The notes: a model not told the origin generated them from the sequence alone. A stretch of DNA of 63,203 nt, filler included, from Octopus bimaculoides (GCF_001194135.2; 5 parts of 5 records of this genome joined end to end with filler, not necessarily neighbours in it); one strand, 5' to 3'. Positions 35,328 to 49,878 are shown, counted from the first letter of the whole stretch. Program-made: numbers and translations.

Positions 35328-37784
35328 CCATTTAAAACATTCGCATTTTGTCATTTCTCATTCATTAATGTAAATATCCAGCCCACTTTGCTGCTATGTA
35401 AGGTCTTCATGGTCAATTTCCATGAAATAAAGAAGCTTGCTTCCCAACCACATGGTTCCGGTTTCAGTCCCACTGCGTGGCACCTTGGGCAAATGTCTTC
35501 TACTATCGCCACAGGCCGAGTGGATTTAGTAGATGTTAACTGAAAGAAGAGCGTCGTATATATAAGTATGTAGTTGTGTTTCTGTGTTTGTACCCTACTA
35601 CCACTTGACAACCGATGTTAGTATGTTTACGTCGCGTAACTTAGCGGTTCGGTAAAAGAGACCGATAGAATATGTACTAGGCTTACAAAGAATAAGTCCT
35701 GGGGTCGAAGTTTTCGACTAAAGGCGGTGCTCCAGCATGGCCGCAGCCAAATGACTGAAACAAATACACGAATAAAAGAATTATGGTAACGGTTAAAATT
35801 AAATGAAATTTAGTGAACGGGTAAATAACAACGAATATACGTGAAGAATAGTAAAACACTGCTTTTGGAATAGGCTTTTCTTTACGGAAGAGATAAAGAA
35901 TTTGTGGAGAACGTTTAAAATATCAAAGTGTTTAAGTCGTGTTACAAAACTAGAAAGCCACATATTTTCAATCTCAAGTTTACAAAATTTTATATAATGA
36001 TTTTGATTTAATTTACAGAAAGGTTAAGATGACCCAGCAAGTAGCTTAAAGTGATAATGGTTGCAATTAGCTTTGAAGATAAATATCAAATTCCAATTCT
36101 GAAAACCGACAGGTCATGATAGATAATGTTTAAAATATTTCCTTGGGTAAGATCAATAAATGAATTTTTCAAAGCTTTTCGAATGAATGAGAAAGGAATT
36201 CTTAAAGGAGTATGTAGCGATGGAACTCACAGTAGCGTATGTTGAAAAAGGTTGTCAACTTTTAAAAATAATGTACCAGAACTTTAGATAAATAAAGCAA
36301 TGATTTAAATGAAAAAAAACCCCTGAATCTGAGTGTTGAATACACATCTTTATATTAGTTTGACATGTAAATTAGTCAGGGAAACTGAAAAACAAATGTA
36401 AAAAATAAAGGTGTTCGTACCAACTAGATGAAAGAGTTAAAGTACTGATGATTGAAATATCAAATATCGTAGCAGATGATACACATGAATTTGAAACATC
36501 ACCTAGGATATGTAATACGAATAAGAGAGAAACTTTCTTGAGATAATCAAATTTAATTAGAAGAAAAGAAAAATACAAATTGCTTCAAACTAAACAAATC
36601 GCGTTGGTGTACAGATGTGATTCGAAATGATATTGTGCAGCGAATAAGAGATGCTTTGCAATCAAGTGTCTACATACTCTATGGCCTATTAATAAATCGA
36701 TAAAACTCACAGTAGATCCAACTTATCAGTGTTATTTCTGTCCATTATTGAAATTGTCTGGTATTCTCCATTTAGATAACTGCCTTTTCTTAAGCCACAT
36801 TTCTCGGCTAATCTGGTGTCATATATTATAATCTACGCTTAGACCATTCCTAAACAAACACAACTCTCAATTTCTAGTCAGCTCAGAGTTTCATCTTTTG
36901 TTATCAGGAACTGAGCGGAACTAACAAGTTCAAAATGCAAACATCAGTCAAATAGAGAACTCTCTCAGGTGACTATGGTGTTTTAACACCATTTTTGCTT
37001 TGAGTGAGAAAATTCACATCACGATAAACTGTAGCGAAAAGCCTTTACAGGTCCAAGTATCTTTGAAACATATTTGAACTGGCTAAATAATACATTTAAA
37101 AATTACCTTCTTTTATAATTCCTTGGACTTTTTCATATGTTGCATCAGTTTCAATACCAATCTATTTACCAATCTAAGAGTAATTGAAGGTTTTACTATC
37201 TCATTCATAGACTTCAGCCAACGTAATATAAAATACTCGTTCATATTCCTCGGGTGCTCTTCAGAATTTTTAACTTAATTTTACTCTCAATAATAAAAGA
37301 AACCAATATGGTTTTGCTAAAAATGTTAAGTCAGTTTTCTAAATTAAATCAAAATGTTCATAATACTAAAGATCGGACACTTGTGATTTAATAATTTCAT
37401 TTTAGCTACGCCTAGAGGAAATTCAGGGCCATATACGAACATTCTGTACGAGTCACATGTTTCTGAAGCATTAAAGACATCTATTTCTAACACACATTTA
37501 CTCCATCTTCCAAATCCTTTACTTCAATCCATAGGTTCGATTTCATATTCCCTTGTTCTGAAAAGGTTGAATTACCAGCTTTTGACGAAACTTCGAAAAA
37601 ACCGTAATCTAATTAAGCACTAACATGCGCGCACACCCTCGTACACATATGTATGTGTGTGGGAGAGGTATTTCTTCTTGTGTATATATTTGTGTGTGTG
37701 CGTGTGTGTGTGATTTGATAGATTCGTAAAACATACATTCATAAATACATACACATATACATACTTAGACACATATATCTATAA

Positions 37785-37816
<32 letters not shown>

Positions 37817-38068
37817 CCATCCATCCGTCCATCCATCCATCCAACCATTTATTTGTATTTGTATTTATCTGTTACTCTATCTAGCAAACTATTTATCTAA
37901 CTAGCTATGTATTCATCAACACACACACACACACGCACACACGCACAAATACACACACGCATACACACACATACGCAAATGCATGTATATATGCATTAGT
38001 AAAGTATGCATTATGTATATGTGTATATGTGTATGTGTATATACGTATGAGCACACACAGAGTTATAC

Positions 38069-38131
<63 letters not shown>

Positions 38132-40080
38132 TACACACACATGGTAAATGGCCTTTGATAGTCGAAGACAAAATATAAATCAATTTTCTTGTCCTGAAAA
38201 AGATAGTGAAAACACGTCAAATAACGGATGTTATAAAGAATATGAATCGAATAAAAAAAGAACTACAAAAAGAAGAACAAATGATTATGAAATTTCAAAT
38301 AATGTGGTGTTTGTAAACAATGAGAATACAACAAAAATATTATCGAAAACAATAGGAAATGACATCAACATCCCGACAATTATTAGAAACGAGAAAACGG
38401 TAAAAATAAACAAGAGTGAAAAACATGAAGAATGTGAAATAATAGTTTTCATAAAAATAACAATAATGATAAATATCATTGGATATGAAGAGAATAACAA
38501 TAGGAACAACTGCAGCAGAATACAAGAGCGATAGCAGTAAGAATATAATACAATAGTAGTAACAATTATATCAACAACTGTTACTAAAAGAGTATCAAAC
38601 AACAGCAACAACAAGAACAGCAACAGCTACATTTAACAATGCTAATATGAAGTATAACAACAAAAATAGTTATAACTATGGCTACATAGCAACACGACTA
38701 TCAGCCATAGCAGAGATAATAACAAATTAACTACAGTGAAAAAAAAATATATAAACCATATTATCATTAAGCGCAGTCTAAGCATCCATTAGCATGAGGC
38801 CATTAACATCCTTATTTCCGGCTGTCCAGTTATTGTCCAGTTAGGATATTCTCACAGATACGATCAAGTCTGTAACGATGTCCACTGGATATTTCGATGG
38901 AAAAGCAAATAAAAATTGCTATAAGTGTATATAAATATCTACCAAACGTGCTACATGACTTGAACCTCATTCCAATCTTCTCTCCAAGCATTGCTGTTTA
39001 GTCGATTACAGGAATCAAAATAAAGATTCGGGTATAATAATCATGGATGAGACAGAAAATGTCTTTACAAGAGATAGAGAGGGAGAGAGTGTGAAAATCA
39101 AAGGAATTTGGAAAGGAAGTAAACAGTATTAGGGGCTGGAAGCATAACAACAGCAACAATAATAATTGGATCTGTGTATATGTCTTAAATAAATCAGAAA
39201 TATACAAGCCAATGTAAGGCTCAAAATTGAAACATTATTTAAAAGATTGCTCTGTTCGTAGGCACACCGTACGTCCTCTGAAAGGCGCTTACAGTTCCAT
39301 AGCATAATATAAACAATATCCTCTATACACACAAGGCAGTCGTTTTACAATAACTACTAAAAAAACAAACAAACAAAAATATGTAAATAAAAACCAACTG
39401 AACATATAGTCAACTAGTGCTTCACGAAGAGTGGGGCAGTTAAACATCGTATGTGGGTACTGAGAAGAAAATGGCAGTAAAGGGTAGCGATTGATTCTTA
39501 CAACTTTTCAAAATAATAATCTATTTTTATTTTGTGAGCAAATCATCTGATAACAATTAGTGGTTGAAATATTGTTTGGAAATTACATGTGTCGAGGAAA
39601 TCACGAGCAGGATATTTTTAATTGTCCCGGTAATTTTTTGCGTCGAATTTAATTTTTTCAATTAGAGCAAGTTGGATATTAAAAAAGCGATTGTAGGAGA
39701 AACAGGGACCAGCATTGAGAATATTAGAGATGCACTGCCTTATGGAAACATTACCAAACAATATCATGCAACACACATGCTTTACACAATCCACGCTAAA
39801 ATAACACATATCATACTTCGATAGACGATATTTGAACACTATAACATATACAACTCATATTCTACACATTTGTAACTCGTTAATGTGACGTCATCCACAC
39901 AGAATAAACTCTACATAACTGTCATCTGGCATTGACGCGAATTGTACTATTTATAGATCGTATACAAGAACAAAACGATTAACTCATTGCAGGACTCACC
40001 TTGCACAGGTGAAACATCAAAGTAACATCAGAGAAAAAGAATGAAATGCCACGAAGAAAAGTTGATATAATATAGTCGAC

Positions 40081-40150
<70 letters not shown>

Positions 40151-40719
40151 TAATAATAATAGTATATATGTTTTAATACCCATAGATCTACACATACATC
40201 CCACTGTTTACACAACTACGTGAAATTTTCCGGAAACAAATACACGCATATGAAAGCACATGTTACAAACGAAGCAAAATCAAAAGACCAAAAAAAAAAA
40301 GCAGTTTTTTTTCGAAATAACATAGACAGAATGAACAACTCAAGAGTTTAAAAACACGACAAAAAAATCTATCAACAACAACAACAAAAATACAGACGAA
40401 TACAGTTATGTTAGCCTTAAGAAGGTATGTTACGAGAAATGTATTCAGAGAAGTCGTTGGCGGTGTGGCTTCAAAAAATTAACCCTAAACAGACAGATCC
40501 GTCCCCTAATGTCAACATCCAAGCTCGTCCTGCCTCAATGATAACAAAGCAAAATACAAACTGGAGCAGCCATCAGCCGCTTTAACGAGGGCCGCTTATC
40601 CCTGTGAGGAAGCAGACTGGAGCGTATGTCGTCACTATTCCGCATCCTTAGAACTGGTATGGGCACCATCCAGATCCAGTTACTGAGGGAGAGAATGCTA
40701 CCATCCTATGGGATTATGG

Positions 40720-41135
40720 AATATATGCAGAGAGGCAAGTAAATGTTAAGAGATCAGACATCGTCATCAAATGCGACCCCCCCAAAGACATGCCTGTTAC
40801 TTGATGTCACAGTACCTTCTGATAACATCACGGCAAAAGAATTTGAAAAACTGTTGAAATATAAGGGCCTTGAGATTTAGATGTCTAGGACGTGGCAATT
40901 AAAAGCCAAAACAATCCCCGTTGTAGGTGCTCTGGGAATGATCAAGAACGGTTTTGACAAATTTGTTGACCAAATCCCTGGGAAACCAACAATCTATGAG
41001 ACTCAAAAAATTGTGTTGACATCAACTCCCCATATTTTCACGAAGCTTCTCTCCATCTAATATTTATGTACCTATGGCCTCTGTTTGAGAGTCGGTCAGA
41101 ACATGAAATAAAATTATAATGATAACAACAACAGA
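40720..41135 (+). pseudogene. R4/Dong-type LINE 3' end (RLE domain and 3'UTR)
   Basis: RSDIVIK, TCLLLDVTVPSDN, KEFEKLLKYKGLEI, TIPVVGALG and QKIVLTSTPHIFTKLLSI*. Ends in an AAT/AAC-rich tail. Confidence 0.85.
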
Positions 41136-41193
41136 AAAAGATGTCGAAATATCGTTCACTAGATAACAGTGGCACTCTTCTTTTAATTTTGAT

Positions 41194-41237
<44 letters not shown>

Positions 41238-41238
<1 letters not shown>

Positions 41239-41749
41239 GTGTTATCATGTACATTGTTTTGTCTTGGTATAAAGGATGGGCTAAAGCAAATATTCTGCTC
41301 AATACCACAGATTTGCTTTTCAGTTGTTTGACCTTAAACAGTTGAGCATGTCCCTTGGTGGCTGACGATATGTGCATCTCTGATCATGAGCAGAAGTAGT
41401 GGGGGAGCATCATAGCCATGTGTTGAGAGGAATTCTTTGGGATTTGAAAATTTCACCTTTGTAAACATGGGTGTTTTGTTCAACATCCTTAAACAAACCT
41501 TATTCGTTGACCTTTTGAGCGGGATGGGCTACTCGACCTGAAGAAAATTCTAACTGGGCCTCACCTGCGAGGTCATGCGCTCTTTATCTTGATATGAGAT
41601 CACCATGTCGCGCACATATGGTTGTGATGCATGTGCCTGGTGTACCCTTATCAGACGGGTAGTCATGATGGGTATACTGGGCATCGTATATTTTACCCCA
41701 GTGTCACTTTGATGGCATGCACTGCTCTCCCACTCAATAATGATAATAA
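41238..41749 (+). mobile_element. Repeat X copy, 5'-truncated, between AAT tracts
   Basis: Homologous to 18920-19420. Confidence 0.85.
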
Positions 41750-42160
41750 GGCACTAGGGCATAAGAGACCGGACCTAGTGGTGGTGGGCAAGGTGAAGCA
41801 CCTATGCTTTATAGTTGAAGTTGCATGCCCCTTTGACCCACGAAAAGTCAAGAAGGAAAGCGAAAAGGTAGATACAACCGCTTTAAGTACGAAATAGCCT
41901 GGATATGGAAAATGAAGAAAGTGAAGATAGTGCCAATTACTTACAGCATTAAAAGGCATCAAGAGAAATATAAAGGAAATTGGAATAGAGTGCCCAGTAG
42001 AACTGTTACAAAAAGTATGCCTCGTTTGACACTTCCAGAATAATCAGGAAAGTATTAGATTGCTGAAAAGAATGGATAGCATGACGCCTTAGGCTGCAGG
42101 CAGTAAGCCCGCTACGCATGCAAGACTCCAGGAGCTCCAACAAATCCTGTGATAAAGAGA
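41750..42160 (+). pseudogene. 5'-truncated R4/Dong-type LINE 3' end
   Basis: HKRPDLVVVGKVKHLCFIVEVACPFD (RLE motif), followed by a 3'UTR and (AAT)n. Confidence 0.85.
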
Positions 42161-42189
42161 AATAATAATAATGATGATAATAATGATAT

Positions 42190-42638
42190 TGCAGTACCAG
42201 ACAGCGGCTCTGATGTCTTCTGATTTTAACTGAGTGGACGTGGTATCATGCACATTGTTTTCTCTTGGTATAAAAGATGAGCTACAGCAAATATTCTACT
42301 CAATACCAAAACTTTTGCGTGTCAGTTGAGAGGAATTCCTTGAGGTTTCAATAATTCACTTCTGGAAACGTGGGTCTTTCGTTCAACATCCTGAAACAAC
42401 CCTTATTCAGGGAACTTTTGAACAAGACGAACTATTCGACCTGAAGAAAATTGTATCTGGGCCCTACCTGCAAGGTTATGCGCTGTTTATCTTGATATGA
42501 AATCACTATGTCGCGCACACATGGTTGTTATGTATGTTCCTGGTGTACGCTTATCTGGCGGATAGTCATGAGGGATATACGGGGCTTCATAGATTCTATA
42601 CCAGTGTCACTTTGATGGCATACTCTACCCTCTCACTC
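42190..42638 (+). mobile_element. Repeat X copy followed by (AAT)n
   Basis: Homologous to 18920-19420 and 41238-41749. Confidence 0.85.
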
Positions 42639-42703
<65 letters not shown>

Positions 42704-42706
<3 letters not shown>

Positions 42707-42968
42707 GACATTACTTCAGCACCAACAGCAGAAGAACTAGAGAAATTCTGGTAACAAATATGGTCGGTGAAGCAACAACCCCAAAAAAGGACCATTAAAA
42801 CAACGAACTTAGCACCTGAGCAACTCTGGGCCCCTATAACAACTGAAGAGGTCACCCAGACACTGCAAAGACTAAGCAACTGGAAAGCACCTGGACACGA
42901 CAAGATCCCCAATTTCTGGTTAAAACACCTGCCAGCAATGCATAAAAAGCTGGCAGAAAACTTTAACA
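42704..42968 (+). pseudogene. R4/Dong-type LINE fragment from the N-terminal RT region
   Basis: ITTEEVTQTLQRLSNWKAPGHDKIPNFWLK. Starts directly after (AAT)n and ends at the artificial spacer. Confidence 0.85.
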
Positions 42969-43068
42969 NNNNNNNNNNNNNNNNNNNNNNNNNNNNNNNN
43001 NNNNNNNNNNNNTTAATTAATTAANNNNNNNNNNNNNNNNNNNNNNNNNNNNNNNNNNNNNNNNNNNN

Positions 43069-43103
<35 letters not shown>

Positions 43104-43146
43104 GAATGTTTGTATGTGCATGTATGGATATCTATCTATCTATCTT

Positions 43147-43199
<53 letters not shown>

Positions 43200-43453
43200 A
43201 GATAGCATGTATGTGGGTGTGTCGGTGTGTATTTCTTACATTCATACAAACTTAGGCCTCGTCGCTACCAGTGTTATAATAGCTTAAAGCAGCGTAAAGC
43301 TGGCAAAACGAGCAGCTTCTCATGATTTAGCATATGAGACACAGCATGTCACATATTGAGGTATTTATTTAAATGGAGGCATCCCTAGTATTTTGTATTT
43401 GGACGACTCTTACACACACACAAACACACACACACGCACATATACACACACTC

Positions 43454-43514
<61 letters not shown>

Positions 43515-43945
43515 AGCATATTTATATTTATATATGCATATATATATATATATATACATATATATATAAGCATATTTATATTTATATATGCATATATANN
43601 NNNNNNNNNNNNNNNNNNNNNNNNNNNNNNNNNNNNNNNNNNNNNNNNNNNNNNNNNNNNNNNNNNNNNNNNNNNNNNNNNNNNNNNNNNNNNNNNNNNN
43701 NNNNNNNNNNNNNNNNNNNNNNNNNNNNNNNNNNNNNNNNNNNNNNNNNNNNNNNNNNNNNNNNNNNNNNNNNNNNNNNNNNNNNNNNNNNNNNNNNNNN
43801 NNNNNNNNNNNNNNNNNNNNNNNNNNNNNNNNNNNNNNNNNNNNNNNNNNNNNNNNNNNNNNNNNNNNNNNNNNNNNNNNNNNNNNNNNNNNNNNNNNNN
43901 NNNNNNNNNNNNNNNNNNNNNNNNNNNNNNNNNNNNNNNNNNNNN

Positions 43946-43991
<46 letters not shown>

Positions 43992-45380
43992 CATACATAT
44001 ATAAACATGTACATACATATAGAAATATGTAGATACAAACAAAGCTGCCACTTACATACATACATACCTGTCAACCTATCATCCTACCTGCCTGCCTACC
44101 TACCTACCTACCTACCTACCTACCTACCTACCTACCTACCTACCACATTCAGTTAGCTCTTCACACTTAACTGTGCGTACACATTCAGAAATATATGACG
44201 TTCTTGTATATACAATACGTTTATACATCTACACACGTACACACTCAAACACACAATGAAGGATACGCATTCACATACGCGATGTTCCGCGAAAGACAAT
44301 GAAACAAGCACCACATGCGTTAAAAAATGCATACATTATGAGTCTGCTGGTATCGTGTTCCGCGACACCTTTGAAGCAATCTATGCTGTATTGGTTTTTA
44401 TGAGGTAGAAGAAATATCCTCACAATGACACCATAGTATTACGTAATCCGTGACCAATTGCATTCAAGCAGTGCAATATCTTTTATAATTAGTGTCTTTT
44501 ATGCACCGATGTCTTCCGTTTGCCTAAAAAGCAATATGGCGTTTTCAACAGCAACAACTGCAGAGATTGTGCGATGGTGACAACAAAAATATATTTAAAA
44601 CAATCTATAGGAGTAGGGATTAAAGCAACAGTATCGTTTAAACTGGTGTTCCGGGATTTCTCCTGCATTATAGATAACAAACAAGCATACAAACGAAGAG
44701 AAAGAGAACACTTCAAGTATCTAGATGTATGAGGTTTTATTTATTTATATATAAATTTTGTTTTCTTATTTATTTACTTATTTATTCATTTATTTCCTTA
44801 TTTGCACGATTGACATATATTTGTGTGTAGAAGCGGCAACTAAGTATAATAATGGCGGAGATGTTATAGACATTTTGTGGTTTGTTGCTGAAACTTCCCC
44901 TGATGCTTTATATCTTCTGCTGAGAAATATAATTTATTCATTATTCCCACCACTTCTTATATACATACATACATACATACATACATACATACATACATGT
45001 ATACATACTTACCTATATATTTATATATATATATATATATATATACATATGTAAATGTATACGTGTGTGTATATATGTGTATATATNNNNNNNNNNNNNN
45101 NNNNNNNNNNNNNNNNNNNNNNNNNNNNNNNNNNNNNNNNNNNNNNNNNNNNNNNNNNNNNNNNNNNNNNNNNNNNNNNNNNNNNNNNNNNNNNNNNNNN
45201 NNNNNNNNNNNNNNNNNNNNNNNNNNNNNNNNNNNNNNNNNNNNNNNNNNNNNNNNNNNNNNNNNNNNNNNNNNNNNNNNNNNNNNNNNNNNNNNNNNNN
45301 NNNNNNNNNNNNNNNNNNNNNNNNNNNNNNNNNNNNNNNNNNNNNNNNNNNNNNNNNNNNNNNNNNNNNNNNNNNNNNNN

Positions 45381-45424
<44 letters not shown>

Positions 45425-45686
45425 TGAACTATTCTGTTTTTCATTATTTGAAACCTTGCTCTGAGGAAGGAGCTGCTTTCTAACAAAGAAACAAAGTTCA
45501 GTCACTTGAATGTTCATAACAAAAGTAAATTTACATTTTAAACCTGAGAAAATCCTTGCATATTTTTACTGTCCCACTGACTGATTGTATAAATAATGTC
45601 CCACTTAGCTGATTGATGTAATTTCCTGAAAACCTTATCTTATCCAGACTGTCACTTAGGCATCTACTCACTCTATAAATATGCAC

Positions 45687-46445
45687 GCACGACTCAGAAT
45701 TTAAAGATTCAAAAAGAAATGCTGCTAAACATTAGAATCCGATGCGCGAACGATCCTATCAGCTCGCTGCCTCTAAAACAATTAATATAATAACCGATAA
45801 GGCGGTGAGCTAGCAAAATCGTTAGCACGCATGGCAACATGGTTAACGGCATTTCATGTCTTTACGTTCCGAGTTCAAACTCCACCGAAGTAGACTTTGT
45901 CTTTCATCCTTTCGTGTTGATAAAATTAGTACCAGCTGAGCATTGGAGTCGATGTAATCAACTAGTCCCCTGCCTGGAAATTGCCGGCCTTGTGCCAAAA
46001 TTTGCAAAATTATAATACCAAAGTCGTCAATCTTTCGAAGGCAGTGATTGGGCAAAATTGATAGCACTCTGGACAAAATGTTTAGCGGTATTTTATCCGG
46101 TTCTTTACGTTCTGAGTTCAAATGCTGATTAGGTCGACTTTCCCTTCAGTTCTTTCGGGGTCGATAAAATAAGTACCAGTTGAGCACTGGCGGAGGCGAT
46201 AATCGACTCACAGTTCTCTTGAACATGATTGCCTAGTTCCAAAATTCCATAAGACGGCGAGCTGGCAGAATCGTTAGCACGCTGGGCAAAATGCTTAACG
46301 TTTTGAGTTCAAATGCCGCATGGGTCAACTTTGCCTTTCATCCTTTCTGGGTCGATAAAATAAGCACCAGTTGAACAATGAAGTCGATGTAATCGTTTTA
46401 TCTCCTCCGACGAAATTGTTAGACTTGTGTTAAAAGTTGAAATCA
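45687..46445 (+). mobile_element. SINE-B cluster: one inverted head fragment plus three head-to-tail copies
   Basis: A minus-strand fragment lies at about 45687-45775. Plus-strand copies lie at about 45797-46010, 46035-46245 and 46250-46445. Confidence 0.85.
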
Positions 46446-46899
46446 GTATTAAATTCATGATGCGAGAGAGTTTGTACGGAAGGTGATAAAGGCAGGGAAA
46501 ATAATCTGAACGCACTTACATTGAATTCTAACCAAAGTTAGAAATCCGTCCTATCAGACATTTGTCAATTATATTTCTGATTCTTTCGAGCTTTCATCCA
46601 AACATATTAAATCGTTTTCATCGGAAACTGATTTCAGAATTGTAAGACATTTAATGTGATGTCAGTCAAGTCTTCAATCTTTTTCAAAATGGGATAATGC
46701 TTTCTCTTTTCTTTTTATTTATTTGTCATTTTATTTATTTAATTTTCTACTTCGCAAATTGAGAGGTCGAAGGAATTGGACCAACGCTAAATTAAATATC
46801 TTTGAAATCAGCTTCTGAATAGCATTCTATTTTATGGTAGAATTGAATTTTGTGTCTTCCAATATAAAGAATAAAACGATATACGTGAAATACCATATT

Positions 46900-47620
46900 T
46901 GCAGATTTTCTTGACTCATTGTGCGAATCTATGTCGTGTGACTTCTTTTCTGGTCACGTGAATTCTCTAAGCTCAAGACATTGTTATTAGCAAATGAAAA
47001 ACTTATTTGAGAGGAACTATTAAGACAGATAACAAGAATGAAAATAAATATCATCAACTGATCAATTATTGATGTGTGAGATTTATTTATTCTAGACAAA
47101 TGAATAAATATGGGTTTTTCCTTGAAATATAGAAATTCAATCAGATTGGAATTGGAGCTATTTTGCATGAATATGTCGCCTCCTGATGTTTTTGTCTATG
47201 ATTCTTTTGAATATCGTCAAGTTATTATGCAATATTCTCGAAGAATGTTTTTCCTTTAGCGAATCGTATTCCTGGTCTTTGAGAAGGTAACGCTGCTCAA
47301 TAATTAATTGTCTAAAACGTTCTGGCCAGTTCAAAGAGGTTTATATCGCATTTATTGAATATATTGGAGTATATTTCCGTTTATAAAAGATTGATACAAG
47401 CAAATAAAGCAATGCCTGATTGGTCAACAATAATTGCCGTTTAGCCGAAGGCTATTGGTTAAACTCTGAGAGAGTTAGCAGCTGCAAAAAGCATAGTAAT
47501 AGAGCAGTATATTAGGCAAGAATGGCGTATTTTCCAGTATTGTGAAAATGTGTGAAAAGCGGTCGGTGATTTCGTCTATGTGTAAGTGGTTTTAATAGTT
47601 GCGTTTGAATTTGCTTCAAG
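46900..47620 (-). pseudogene. Highly decayed LINE reverse-transcriptase remnant (L1/Tx1-like)
   Basis: Minus-strand fragments FSQYWKIRH, IALFACINLL and RFAKGKTFFENIA resemble early RT subdomains. Many stops. Confidence 0.4.
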
Positions 47621-47936
47621 TGTCTGCGGTATAGTTCTCTTTGTATACGCGTCATCGGCTGTGCGTTCATGCCTGTGTTTGTCTATACATGTGTCCATAC
47701 AATAGATGTCCCTTTATACACATGTGTGCGTGAATTTGAGCGCATGTGTTGGTATTCTGTTGTGTGTGTGCATGTGCGTGTGTGTGTGTGTGACTGTGTC
47801 TGTAAGCATATATATATAAATAGAGACTAGGGGAGAGGAAGTGAGAGTGATAAATATAATTAGATATGTATACACATACTATGTCAAGATATCAATATTT
47901 AATAAATACAAACATATACATACACACTCATACACG

Positions 47937-47996
<60 letters not shown>

Positions 47997-48575
47997 NNNN
48001 NNNNNNNNNNNNNNNNNNNNNNNNNNNNNNNNNNNNNNNNNNNNNNNNNNNNNNNNNNNNNNNNNNNNNNNNNNNNNNNNNNNNNNNNNNNNNNNNNNNN
48101 NNNNNNNNNNNNNNNNNNNNNNNNNNNNNNNNNNNNNNNNNNNNNNNNNNNNNNNNNNNNNNNNNNNNNNNNNNNNNNNNNNNNNNNNNNNNNNNNNNNN
48201 NNNNNNNNNNNNNNNNNNNNNNNNNNNNNNNNNNNNNNNNNNNNNNNNNNNNNNNNNNNNNNNNNNNNNNNNNNNNNNNNNNNNNNNNNNNNNNNNNNNN
48301 NNNNNNNNNNNNNNNNNNNNNNNNNNNNNNNNNNNNNNNNTATATATATATATATGTGTGTGTATATATAATATATGCGCACGCGTGTCTATGGGTGTGT
48401 GTGTTTTTGTTTGTGTTTGTACATGTGAGTAGGGTCGCTTGTATGTGTATAAGTTTGTTTCGTGTGACTTGACACGTGTTTCTTTACACACACATACACA
48501 CACACTCACACACACACACACACACACACTCATACACGCACACATACATACATACATACATATAGACAGACAGAT

Positions 48576-48653
<78 letters not shown>

Positions 48654-49630
48654 GTGTCTACATGTTTGCCTTGACTACATTTCTGCATATAGCGACAGTA
48701 TGACGGATATATTCGCAAATACATTAGCTTAAATGCATTATTTTATCTCTACATACAAAGACGATTGTTGAGAGCCAAGTGTATGTTGTACACGGATTGA
48801 AAAGGTGACAGTGAAAGAAGATGGGAAAGTAGTGATCTGCAAGGAATGGATCACATGGAAATACATCGAGATAAGATGATAAAAGGTCGATAGAGAGTAT
48901 TATTGAAAAGATGATTGCAAAGGAGAGCTATGAAGTAGTTGTTTAACAGAAGTGCACCATGGGAAATTCTGCGACAGCTCAGTAGAGGATGTTTAAATAA
49001 CATTGTTTATTATTTCCTTTCAATAGCAGCACAATAATTTCTTACAACTATTTTTCCAGGTGTGTTTATTATCTCTACCAACTCCTTTTCTCCTTGATTA
49101 AATATTTTAGTATCTTGGAGAAGGTGTAACAAACGATTGATTAATGTATGATCAGAATGTGGTGTGGTATTTACCTCGCAAAGAAAACAGATTTGTGATT
49201 TTATATATGCATACACATGTATATATATATATATNNNNNNNNNNNNNNNNNNNNNNNNNNNNNNNNNNNNNNNNNNNNTTAATTAATTAANNNNNNNNNN
49301 NNNNNNNNNNNNNNNNNNNNNNNNNNNNNNNNNNCTGCTGCTGCTGCTGCTGCTGCTGCTACATGTACCAAAGATAGATCCTCTATGTCACTGCAAATCA
49401 TTCTAGAAATAGCAATCAAATCTCTCTCAGATAATATCCTACCGTTCAAAATATAAAATGACAACGCGTAAAAAAACAAAAAAAATGTGAGCAAAAAAAA
49501 AAAAATGATGATCACTGCTGAAGAGCTTTTAATCATAGGTTTGCTTGACAGGTTAGAAATAGCTGTCAAATTTCCCTTGAATGACACATTTTACAGCTTA
49601 TAACATAAAAGAAGGGCGTATTGGATAGCG

Positions 49631-49682
49631 ATGGGCCGTATCTTTGCCGGAGTACTTCTGATCATATCTATTCCACCTGATA
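49631..49682 (+). CDS. Candidate first coding exon (signal-peptide-like)
   Basis: Start context gcgATGG. Translates MGRIFAGVLLIISIPPD and ends at a phase-1 GTAAGT donor (49683). No partner exon is established. Confidence 0.3.
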
Positions 49683-49843
49683 GTAAGTAGTTCGGGCACT
49701 ATATAAGATAATAAATCTTTAAACACACCCAACATTCTACAAAGAGCACGCAACGTGCATGTCACTCTAGAAATATATAGACTAGGAAATGCGTCAAAAG
49801 AGGTAATATATAACGCCGACGTAAAGTGAGTAGTTGGGGTTGA

Positions 49844-49878
<35 letters not shown>

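Larger units (their letters stand above)
33329..35429 (+). mobile_element. ORF1-only non-autonomous non-LTR retroelement (L1/Tx1-like)
   Basis: The TSD aagaagcttgcYtcc is at 33314-33328 and 35430-35444. About 630 bp of 5'UTR precede a GC-rich gag-like ORF. AATAAA lies at 35426-35431. No endonuclease or RT motifs are visible. Confidence 0.82.
33296..35780 (+). mobile_element. SINE-A split by a 2.1-kb insertion (A-box half 33296-33328; remainder 35430-35780)
   Basis: Removing 33329-35444 restores a continuous SINE head, CORE domain and tail. Confidence 0.9.

Noticed and set aside
38148-38623. Overlapping 112-128 aa ORFs on both strands
   Set aside because: This is degenerate AAT/AAC low-complexity DNA depleted of stops in some frames.
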